A stretch of DNA of 64,000 bases from Lytechinus pictus. Taxonomy: Eukaryota. A program made the position numbers and the translations under genes. The DNA is taken from positions 40,054,001-40,118,000 of the forward strand of contig NC_087245.1 in the NCBI RefSeq assembly GCF_037042905.1, given 5' to 3'. Every line of letters begins with the position of its first letter. Position 1 is the first letter of the stretch. Shown here one piece after another: positions 1-12,000 of the stretch. The notes under the pieces are model-generated. The model did no database searches. It saw only the letters and a list, made by a program, of their open reading frames with translations, and was not told the origin of the DNA.

Positions 1-46
1 TTGAAACAAAGGGGTGATAGCGAAACCCGTCACTGTCACTGCATTT

Positions 47-198
47 CTGGGGAGCGTTTCATGAAGGGACTTTGTCCGACAAGTTCTGTTTTATCCGACA
101 ATTACCATACTAACAGTACCTCTCAGCCAATCAGATTTAAGGAAAGATGTCAGATCTGACAACTTGTCGGACAAAAATGTTGATGAAACGCTCCCCTG
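47..198. mobile_element. Harbinger-like MITE (CTG TSD)
   Basis: TIR GGGAGCGTTTCAT...ATGAAACGCTCCC, flanked by CTG on both sides; a related copy lies at 10195-10321. Confidence 0.8.
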
Positions 199-255
199 AA
201 TTCCAAGCTTCACAGTTTTAGTGCAGCACAACTTCAATTTCGTGTTTTCGTAGGA

Positions 256-2436
256 ATGAAGGAAACCAAGATGTATTGCTATTTCAAACCTGCTGGTAAA
301 TCTGACAGTTTGCAGCAGTGTCTACCAAAGCCTGACAACAAAAAGCTGACTGAATCAGGGATTAAAAGCGCAATCAAAAGCAAAAGCGGGGTGAATATTC
401 CAACTACAATGCTGGGATTAGGGCTCAAGTTGGAAAGTATGCAGCAGATAATGGTGTTATCGCAGCTTCTGAAAAAATCACAAAGGAGTTGGAGAGACCA
501 ATAAATGGAAGTACTGTGAGAGGTATGAAAAAGTGAAAGGATCTGCACCGGTGAAAACTGTGACACATCTTCTGAAACAACAGCGGGGCCGACCGCTATT
601 GCTTACGCAAGAGGCTAATCAACAGGTGAAGCGATTTATCCGGAGTATTCGTGAAACTGGAGGTGTTGTTTCGACCAGGGTTGTGATTGCTACAGCGAAA
701 GGCTTGTTTAAGAAATCCAATCCTCCTATATTAGCAGAATATTTAAACTTGAGAAATCGTGGTCTCGCAGCATTCTTCAGCGTATGAACTATGTCAAAAG
801 AAAAGGAACAAAATCCGCCAGAAGATTTCGATATCATCGAAGGCAAATTTCATCGCCGTATTGGACGCTGTGTCCGAAAATACGAAATCCTGAACGAGTT
901 GATAATAAACTGGGACCAAACTGCAGTCGAAGTTGTACCTAGTAGAAACTGGTCACTCAACCAACGGGGTGAGAAACAAATCGATGTGAAAGGCATCGAC
1001 GACAAACGTCAGTATACTGCGCTGCTCGCCTGGACCACATCGGGAAAAATGCTACCACCTCAGATCATCTGCCAAGGTACAACTGACAGATGTCACCCAA
1101 ATATCGCCTTTCCAGAGGACTGGGATGTTACACATACGGCTTCACATTGGAGCAATTCTGAGACTATGGGATAATATTTAGACAAGATAATAATTTCATA
1201 AGAGAAGCATACCCAGGAGCAGCTTAACATCACAGCAAAACCACTGCTGATATTTGACGTCTTCCCTGCTCACAGAACTGATGACATGCGCAAGAAGATT
1301 GAAGAATCAGGTGCATTGTCCGTGTACGTCCCCGCTAAATGCACAGATCAGTTGCAGCCACTTGACGCGACAGTCAACGGCAAGTACAAGGACCTGATGC
1401 ATGGTCAATTTCAAGAGTGGTACTACCAGAAAATTACCAGTGGTCTTGAAGAAGGCAAAGAAATCAAAGAGATGGCAAAATCTGTGGATCTACGCGACAG
1501 TCAAACGGCAAGTACAAGGACCTAATGCATGGTCAATGTCAAGAGTGGTACTACCAGAAAATTACCAGTGGTCTTGAAGAAGGCAAATAAATCGAGGAGA
1601 TCGAAAAATATGTGGATCTATGCACCAGCAAGATCAAGCCGGTACATGCGCAGCGGCTGATTCGAGTTCAAGATGCTATCAATCATGAAACCGAGCTCAT
1701 CAAACAGGGATTTAATAAAACTGGAATAGCGAAAGCTGTCGAGAATGCAAGGAAAGAGCCAGTTCCAGCATTTGACGACAGTGATGCTGAGGATGGTGAT
1801 TGGGAGTAAACTAAACTCATGAACAAGCTTTGTAAAAATGTTGAATTCATGATCTAACTTTCTGTAAACTTGTTTACTTCTTGCACCATTTATTATTGTT
1901 ATTGTTGTTGTTGTTGTTATTATTATTATCATTATTATTCTTATCATTATCATCATCATCATCATCGGACACATGTGACTTTGTAAATAGGTTGAACTTC
2001 ACAAACTAAACTTTTTGTGAACTTGTTTACCATTTGGACCATTTATTAGATACATTTTGGAAATTTCGTGGATTTATCTTGGAATATACTGTATAGTTGC
2101 TTTGCTGGAGCTGCATGGGATGTCAAATCTACAAGTATTTGGAAGCTGGAGAAAGACCGGCTGCATCGGTGAGTACCGTACATAAATTTATTCACGTAAT
2201 CATCCCATACACTCACTCCACCCCAGCACTGAACACGTGCGCTGTTGTGTGTTGTGACAAAATTTCTCACAGGCATTTAAAAACCTTCATGCACGGTCAT
2301 TCAACACCGCTGCAATTCAACACGTGCGCTTTACTTGACAGATATTTCTCATGCGCGAAAACAACATCCCGCGAAATATGTTGCTAATGTTGTGTGGTGC
2401 GAAAATTTAATCGTGCGAAAATTACCCGTTTTACAG
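256..2436 (+). mobile_element. Decayed pogo/Tigger-like (DDE_1) DNA transposon; left end not identified in the window
   Basis: Broken ORFs contain GRPLLL (CENP-B-type HTH), IINWDQT, LLIFDVFPAH and LQPLD catalytic motifs, with frameshifts and stops; putative right terminus GCGAAAATTACCCGTTTTACAG at ~2415-2436. Confidence 0.85.
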
Positions 2437-2585
2437 CAGGTTGCTTCCATTCTAAATCTATCATATAATACATGTACTTATCATTGAGCATATTCATGTA
2501 TTCTATCCACTGCTATTGATGTCTTATTATTTGGAGGGATTTTTGTCTTACAATCACATTTAATATTGCACCATCATAAAAAAAC

Positions 2586-2803
2586 CTGGGGGGTGTTTCA
2601 CAAAGATTTAAACATGACTTAAGTCACACTTAAATGCCGACGCGTACATGATATGCAACGCGCGATCTTATTGATAGATACGCAGTAGTGCGCGTCCTCA
2701 TGTCACGATCTGACCAATGCGGTCAAGCCTTTCATACCGTACGCAACTCGGTATTTAAGTGCGACTCTAAGTCATACTTAAGTCTTTGTGAAACACCCCC
2801 CTT
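2586..2803. mobile_element. Harbinger-like MITE
   Basis: TIR GGGGGTGTTTCACAAAGA...TCTTTGTGAAACACCCCC. Confidence 0.8.
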
Positions 2804-2826
2804 GCATGTTTATCACTACTGCCTGA

Positions 2827-3078
2827 TTAAGACATCACAACACCGCTATTCCCAGTGTGTGATAATCCACCGTTAATACTATTACATTTGTCGTACTGGC
2901 AGTATGGAAGGCCATCCGTGTCTTTATCACCACCGGGAGGTCGGTAGGGTTTGGTCTGGAGCTCCGGGTCGGCCCAGGGTTGAAGCTCGCCGGTGCCCAT
3001 GAAGAGGTAGGTGACGGCGCCGAACATGTAAACACCAAAACAGACCCAGAATGCAATCTGCCATTGAGAGATGTCGTA
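2827..3078 (-). CDS. SLC17A5: SLC17 last coding exon
   Basis: tgcag|TAC acceptor; encodes WQIAF...GTGELQPWA...; stop TAA at 2829-2827. Confidence 0.92.
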   Translation of the reverse strand, partial: YDISQWQIAFWVCFGVYMFGAVTYLFMGTGELQPWADPELQTKPYRPPGGDKDTDGLPYCQYDKCNSINGGLSHTGNSGVVMS

Positions 3079-6000
3079 CTGCAAAGGGAAATGAGAAGGC
3101 AATATGAGTGCAAATATTGACTCATTTCCAAGGGAAATCTAGATGTACTTCAGGGTAATAAAACATATATGCTCCTGTGATATTGCTCCAGTCTTAATAT
3201 CTCAGAGGGCATGGGGTTAGATCGAGTTAACATTGTAATAGATTTTCGGTTCAGAATAATGTAAATTTAAGGATTATGGTTTATTTAGTTTTGGAGCTAC
3301 AGTAAGGTTTTGTGTTTGGCTTAACGTGCAGATATTCCATCAGAGCGATTGTCGCCAGAGCAATTGACATGGAACCATACGTCAGAACAGAAGAAGGGTG
3401 ATCAAACAGATCAAACCAAATTATTCATATTATACAGGATAAGAAATTTTTTCTTTTTTTACCTAAATTCAATTCATTCAATTCAATTCAATTCAGGTTT
3501 ATTGCAAAAAACATGATTGGCAGTCACAGACTGAATTGTACATGTTTACACAATGCCAATATATAACAATAATCAAAATTACTAAGATAAACAATGAATA
3601 TACAAATTAAAATTACATATGTGCAGCTAAAAAATTGAGTTAAAATGGATAAAAAAAATAAAATGATAGATAATACAATATTGCACATTCATTACACAAA
3701 TTTCAAACTTGTTTATCATGGTACTTATTTAATAATCTTGTCAGACTTGGAAGAGCACTGTTCTGAAATCTTTTTTACATGGAATCTCCTTATATTTATT
3801 CATATGTCGTAAATTGAAAGTGTTTGTTTTCAGTGGAGGTAACCAGTTTTTGTACAATTGATTCATTTCTAACTTTAAAGCGAAATCTGTGGTAAGTTTT
3901 ACTCTTCGACTTTCAAGTGATGTCAAATTTAAGGTATTTAGAGTCATGTCATAAGATAGATAAAATACAACAATTACCTTAACACTTGGTGATCTAGAGT
4001 TTATCTATCTCTTTCCTAGAAATTACAAGTACATAGACAATTAACCAGAATAAGGAAACGCAAGCTTCATCACTGGGAAGCCCATCCCCCAACCCCCCCT
4101 CCTTTTTTTTTTTACAATATCACACAAATCAATTTTATAACCGAGGTTGGATTCCACTCCATCTAGGCCACCTTTGAGCCAGTCTCCAAAATTCAAGTTG
4201 CAACTTTCCGTGATGTAGCCGAAGCTGGTAGTTCTGAGTGATGAGACCGCTGGAGATAAAAACAAATTCTCATAGACTTTGTACACATGACAAGGGCCAA
4301 GGCCGAGGCCGGCAAACTGTGGCCTCAAGGCTGGCCATCCCTGATACCCTCCACGCAAACATTAATTACCTCGTTGCGCAAGGTGCTGAGGCCAAGTGGT
4401 CAAGGGTGCCCAACTACACCATGAAAGTCTAGGTTTCGATTCCCGACACGGGCATTTATATCTACATTTCTCTTTATCTTGCATCAAACAAATGAAAATG
4501 CTTTTATGCATTATTGGACACCAACGTGTGCACAAGTTTTTAAAAAACAAAAGAATTACCTCATTGGTGACGTAGAGCCCGACCAGAGAAGGGCCTAGGA
4601 TTCCTGGGATGGTCCCGATGGTGTTGGTAATGCCCATGAGAACACCCCCATAGGCCGGTGCGATGTCCAGATGATTGACATTGAAGCCGGACATAGCCAG
4701 CCCTCCTGTTCCCACGGCCAGGGTTAGGAACGCCACAGCCAAAACATGGTTGCAGCCTATGTACCCGGTAATTACTAGGAACACGGCTGGTAATACAAGA
4801 CCTGCAACAAAGAAATAAAATGGTCTTAAGAATGGTCAAATTAATTATGACTTAAGGTAGGGACAGTGATTTTCCGTTTTACCGGTAAATAAAAGGGAAA
4901 TTCCATTTGGTTCTTGTACTTTTCATGTAAAAATTCATGGAATTCACCTTTGCAAATGGAATTCAGGTTTTTGCTGTGTACATTTTCAGTGACAAAACGG
5001 AATTTCCATTCTTAGATCAAGTTGAAACGGAATTACCGATTTTCAGAAATGGAAAAGACAATTTTTTTTAATGGAAAATCACTGTCTCTATTAAGGACAT
5101 AGCCAGATTTGCAAAAGCCGTGATAAAGTATTTATAGTTTCACTGCAACAAAATGTCCAAAACTATTATCATTATCAACAGAGAATATACTATACTTTAG
5201 TGAAATACACAATGTCATTCCCATAAGACTCCATACAGGAAACTTTTTTCATCCCAATCGAATTCAAATAATAATAATAATAATAGCTGGATTTATAAAG
5301 CGCTTTTTGCCCGAGGATACAAAGCGCTGCTATTATTACCCCGGCTTTAGCTCGAGCTACCATCACCGGCGCTCAGTGCATGCAAGGAATTATTCCTGCC
5401 GGGTACACATTCACCTCACCTGGGTCGAGTGTGGCACAGTGTGGATACATTTCTTGCTGAAGGAAAACAAAACAATAACAAACACCTAAACTTACGTATC
5501 TTGCAAAACTCTGCATTTTGGGGCAGGAATCCTGCTTAAAGGCACTATGCATCTTTTCATAGTGGTTTTCCTGCTTTCCTCATTTTTTTTAATCTATGAA
5601 GAAATGTGAGAATTGGTAATGAAAGACCATTAGCGGGATTCCCCCCCAAAAAGACAAGACTTTTGACGAGGTACATGTACCTTAATCTGCTCTATTCAGT
5701 ACAGCTCCTTTAATTTTAAACACACCTCTTACCTAGAGTATTCATTAGTTTCCTTGTATTAGTTGTTGATAGTATATAGCGTCCACGAAGGAAGTCTGCT
5801 ACCTGACCACCAGCATTGATCATGATCCACATAACTAAATAAGGCACAGCAGCTAAAAATCCACTCTGAAAAGAGTGAAAGTAAATTAAATGAATAAATG
5901 ACATATCTTGCATAAGATCATAAGATTAGGATTAATTATTTCTAAAGTTGATAGAAGAAAATTGATGGCATTTTCCCATAGCATAAATTTCAATGTCTAA

Positions 6001-9000
6001 TACTCTACATATCGAATCAATATTCATAGTTGTGAGAGAACAATGAATGTAGGAGTCTCTATACATGTGCATGGATATTACATCAAATAGAATTGGGACA
6101 TGTGCATTTCAAATGAATATTTTCATATTATACCGGTATATGATAAAACCAACTGTCTGTATTCATTTGAATAATGCATGATAAAAAAAACCCGTATCCA
6201 TCTATTTAGGCAAGTTTGTTTTTAAAACTAGTATAATATTTCAATTTCTTAGGCATTGTGTCATTATGCAAATGATTATCATATATTCTTGTACTTGTTT
6301 TGTAAAAGATTCTAAAATTCAGCCTTTGGCTGCGAATGAATTTTCAAATAAACCATTACCAGAATCAAATCTCATTATATGTTGGGGTTTTTTTACTGTT
6401 AATTGATAAAGAAAAGAGGGGGAGCATTCATGATGTATCTCAGCCAATCACGTGCAAGGATTTCAGTAGCTTGAAACGGTTTTTAACTGACGTCACTGAC
6501 AATTTAATGCTCCTACAGTGTGGCAACAAATCACGAGGTGATAAAAACTGATTTGCTTTCATCAAGTAAAAAATGTTTGAAACTTACTTGTGATATATCG
6601 AAGCCAAGTCCAAATTTCAAGTAGGAAGGTAGATTGGTCAGCAATGTGTAGAAACCAAAATTGTTTGAAAAATGGGATAAGCTGATCGCTAATAGTCTCA
6701 CTGATGTCAACATCTGGAGCCATGGCACCTTTAATTTCTGTTTATTAATGAAAAATTCAGCCATTAGAAACATTTCCATGACAATATCAGAACATCATTA
6801 TCGTACGTGGTAGTTGCAAGGATGACATCAAAAGAGAACTGCTTTAACTATCATACTATATACTATGCTACACACGTTTGCACTCTCCTTCTGGCCCCCC
6901 TCTCTTTCTGACCCTTTCTCTCTTCTTATATATCTGTGTGTGTGTGTGTGTGTGTGTGTCTCCCTCTCTGTCTGTCTCTCCCCACTTATCTTTGACCTCT
7001 CAGTCTCTTCCTCTCTCGCTCCCCTTTCAGTACTTTATTCTTTCTCTCTCCCCTCTATTCTTCGTCATGTCTTTGTTTTCTTTTGCGTTTTTAGTATCGT
7101 GCCGTATCTCTGTAATCTTTTTATTATTTCTCGCTATTACTCACCATCTTATTATTATTCCCAATATTCTATTTTAACTTATTGCATTTTCTTACGCCTA
7201 CACATGCGAATGAGTACCAAATTTTCAAATGTTTGATATATTATCTTAGGGGATCCACGCTCTACAAGCAATGCTTTTTAGTGGATCCCCTCATTTCCAT
7301 GTAAGATTTTGTTAAAACTATTTTACAAATGTTTTGGAGCTCGTAATTGATTTGTAATCATTGTTATCATATTTCATTTGTATTTGTTTATATTTATGAT
7401 GTATGTTTGATTTGTATTTGCTTATAATGTTGATAATGGAAATGGAAATGGAAAATAAACTTGAACTTGAATATTGTAGTACCGGTAATAGTAGTCACTA
7501 TCTTCAATGTCACAGTACTACTATTACTACTATCATCAGCACTGGCGGATCCAAGGGGGGGGGGCACAGCCGGCCTGTGCCCACCCCCCCCCCCCCTTTG
7601 AGAGGCACAAATAAAATTTGTAATGTAAAAATGCCGTCAAAACAGAATTGTACCTCCCCCTTTCAAAGTAAAGACCTTTTTTTTTTTGCTTGTCAAATTT
7701 GTTCGTGGACGAAATCCCCTTAATTTTGGGTTGGAACCCTTTTTTTTTTGTTTTTTTTTTGCTTGTCGAATTTTTCCTCGGGGGAAACGTGCCCCCCTTT
7801 AAAAAAAATCCTGGATCCGCCCCTGATCATCAGAATTACTCTTTCATCATCGCTGGCTACAAGCATACCTTATCTCTGGGCTTGATTGCTTTTTGAAGGA
7901 AGAAGCGTTCTTCGGGTGAGATTCGAGGGTGTTTATCTGGTGTATCATGCACCAGTGCAATCCAGAAAATAAACCACACAACTCCAAAGACACCTGGAAT
8001 ACAAGAAGAAATATTACTGATGTAAACATATAATAGCATGAAGATCATACTGAAACACAATAGAAATTATAATAATATACAATATTAATAAAATTTCAAT
8101 ATGCATTGTTTCTAAGTGCTAGATACATGGACAAATATAATTTGAAAAGCTGACTACCAACTGCTGTCATTTTATGGTATACTACGTATGTTATACATTT
8201 ATCATAAATTGTATTTTCTGATCAGGGGCGGATCCAGGAATTTCCAAAAGGGGGGGGGGGCACATTTTTCAGAGGAAAAATTTGACAAGCTAAAAAAAAA
8301 AGAAGTTTTTAACCAAAAATTAAGGATATTTCATCCCCGAAAAAATTTGGACAAGCAAAAAAAAAAAGGTCTTCACTTTCAAAAGGGGGGGGGGCACACT
8401 TCTGTTTTGACGGCATTTTTACATTACAAATTTTAATTTTGCTTCTCAAAAGGGGGGGGGGCACAGCTGGCCCGTGCCCCCTCCCCCCCCCCCCCCCCCT
8501 GGATCCGCCAGTGTTCCTGATTATGATTCAAAGTGGGACTTCGCAAGACTATTTTCAGACTTTTCCAACATGCAAAATATCATGTCTTTTTTTGGGGGGG
8601 GGGGGGTCTGTCCCCTTTACCCATCCCTTCTACCTTCCTCCAAAATATTCTTACCAAAGACATAGAAGACTGATGGCCAGCCACCAAGGAATTCGGAATT
8701 ACAAAGAACGCCAGAGATCGGCAATGCTAATACTGTACCAAAATGCGCACCTGTAAACCAACACAATACAAAACAACATCATTTTATAGCTGTCAGTAAA
8801 ATAGGTTAATGAATGAGGATTCAAGATGTCTTTTGATGTATTTTCAGAGCAAAACACAATGACAAAATTTGATTAGAGCTACATACGGTACATGCAAATT
8901 TTATGAACAGATTAAACTGTTCTAGAAGAATCATGAAAAGAAAGAGAATTTTGTCACTCGAATATGCAACAATAGAGGTTGTCTATTGAAACCATTCTGA

Positions 9001-12000
9001 GTCTATTTTCATTGCTGAAAAGGTACTGACCTGTAATTTGCTTATCTGGCTCTACAGGCGTTATCATCTACGGGGTCAAATTTCACTTAAACATTTGACA
9101 GAAAACGGTTTGGCAGAAAAGTTGCAGTGTTTTACATGTTCATTCCCATCATATTATTTCATTTTATTTAATAAGTAGTGTGATTTTTTTTTTTTTTTTT
9201 TTTTAATAATATATTCCTTGTCTTGTTTATAAAACTTTAGCACTTCTTTTTCTCCTAGAGTCAGTGGTATTAACTCTTTTTATGCATAAATCAACAACTG
9301 ACTTATCTTTTCAGTTACACCAAACCAATATACCGTAGTCCCTCAGGGGCCCGTCGCAGGAAGAGTTGCGATCAAACGCAACTCAAACAATCTTGCACAA
9401 CTTGATTTTCAGCCAATGAGGCACCCGTATTCGCGACTTGCGCTTGATATTTTAACTTGCGTTTAAACGCAACTCTTTCTGCAACAGGCCCCTGGAAAAG
9501 TAATTATCAATTAGATTTATGAAGAAATCATAAAAATTGTTAATAACAATCTACGATTCTAAAAAGGATTTGACTGAAACTGGCTTAGTAACATGAACTT
9601 TTTTTCTTTTTTTTCAAACTTTTTCAAATCAAGTCTTACCTGCATATGTGAATGTTAGAAGACGACTCCTCTCAACGGGGGGAGCCCAGTGAGCCCACAT
9701 AGCATTCATGGCTGGAAATGTGACACCCTATTAAAAAGGGAATTGAGAAACTATTTGGCTCAATTTCTTGGGGAGTACAAAATGAAATCAATGACTTGCA
9801 TGTGATGGAAAGCACAAGATACAACATAATTTCTAGTACTGTATGTTGTCCAAGGTTTAGAGTGTTGATGTGTCATAAGTTCAAAGGTCATTGATGATTG
9901 AAATTTACACTTGTAAAATGGGGCAAGCAATAATACACAAATTCTGAACCATAAGCTCAGCTAAATGAAAAGAAAAAAGAATATGAGATTTGCTACAAAT
10001 AAGCCTCTTTACTACTTCAAAACTCAATGGGATAGCTTATTGAATTTCAATAATCACTAACCTTTCTAGTTTGATAATGGGCGTTTCTTTGTCTATTCTT
10101 CTCCCTCTTCCTCCACTTCCACTTCCTCTTCCTTTCATTCTTCTTTTAAATCCTTTTCCTTTTTTTTCTTCTTCTATTATAATCATCATCAATACTGGGG
10201 AGCGTTTCATCATCATTTTTGTTGAAGTCTTCGAATCTGACAACTATCCTTGATTGGCTTATTACTATAAAATGGGACTTGTCGGACCTTTCGACAAGTC
10301 CTTTCATGAAAAGCTCCCCTGAACTGAAATCTTTGGCCTCACCTCTCCTATGCCTGCAATGACCCTGACGACGATGAGCCAAGCCAGACCAGCCCTGGCA
10401 GCGACAGGGGTCAGGAGGGTAAACACTGCCGTACAGAGCACCCCCGACCCGAAGAGCCACTTGGCCCCCATCAGATCGGCCAAGAAACCCCCGGGGATCT
10501 GGGTCAGGATGTAGCCATAGAAGAAAGAAGCAAGGATCTGCTCTTTGGTGTTTGAATCCCAATTAAACTCTCCTTCCTGTCACAAAGAAACATGGAGATA
10601 GGGGTGAGCTCAAAGATAAGAAGTGGTAAAGGGAGGAGCAAACAAAAGACAATTGGGGATGAGCTCAAAGATAAGTAATGTTTAAGGGAGAAGCAAACAT
10701 AAAAAAAGTGGGGATGAGCTCGAAGATAAGTAGTGGTCAAGGGAAGAGCAAACAGAAGACAAAAAAGAGATGAACTTAAAGATAATGTAAGTACAGTGTA
10801 GTAAAGGGAGGAGTAAAGAGTAAACATTAGGAGATAAGAAAAGTAATTGTAAAGGGAGAAGAAAAGAGAATACAAAAGAATATAAGCACAGAGATAAGTA
10901 GTAGTAAAGTAACAAGCAATGAGAGGCAGAAGATGAGCTCAAAGATAAGTAGTGGTAAAATGATATGTTAACAGAAAATAAAAGAAGATAAGTTCAAAGA
11001 TAAAGAGTGGTAAAGGGACAAGAAAGCAGTTCAGGAGATGATGGGGGAGAGGAAGAGAAAGAGGGAAACGATTAGAGAGGATGCCGAAGAAGAACAAAAG
11101 AGAAATAAGCAAGTGGGATAGAGGCAAAGGAAGATAGAGAACAGTGAAAGAGGTAAAAATAAAAGCAAACAGAATCAAGAATTTTTAATGTTCTTGTTAA
11201 ATTATTTTTCTTCTGGTTTAAAATCTATATAAAATGTAGACATTCCAACAGAACAAAAATGTTCTAGACAGAGGGTTGCTTGAAAGAATTCTAGATCGGG
11301 GGGGGGGGGGCACTTCCACTGACGAGTGGATACCATGCGTGGCCATGAGGTTTCAAAAAGCACCCTAAACAAGCATTTTCCATGTTCTGAAAATGCACCC
11401 TTTAACAAGTATTGGCATGTGAAACGCTATCCTTAACAAGTATTGGAAACAAAACGGTACCCTTGACGAGTAGGCCTATTCCCTTAATTGACCCCCTAAA
11501 CAAGTACAACGATATTTTAATTCTTATGTCACGGACGTTAGCTTTACCTTTACTTTCATAGTTTCATTGGGTTTAGTACCGCCCCTCACACCTCGCTCAA
11601 ATCGGACCAGAAACACGTAGCGTTGGGGCAAAAAGTACATCCTTTAAACCCTCGCAAAACAGAAAGTTTTCCTAGCGAAATATATACAATTTTTTTCATA
11701 TTCAGTGTTTTTGACACCCTTATTCATTACATTCGTAACGTGCCCTATCTTGAAAAAGAGATCTTTTTACGTGTTTTTTGGACACGCATGGTATCCACTC
11801 GTCAATGGAAGTGCCCCCCCCCGGGTTCTAGATCCTACCTTCTTTGTTGAGTTTGCTGATAGCGAGTCATTGACTGGGCAGCTGATCTGGGTGCTGTTGA
11901 CTTCGGTCGTACTGTTCACCATGTCTGCTAAGGCAACACTGAGGTTCACTCTCATGGCATAGACATTGATGAATCCCAAGAACCCCAGGAATGCAAGCAT

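Noticed and set aside
6865..7236. Hydrophobic ORFs here and at 10504-11178
   Set aside because: Translations of CT/GT microsatellites and purine-rich repeats.
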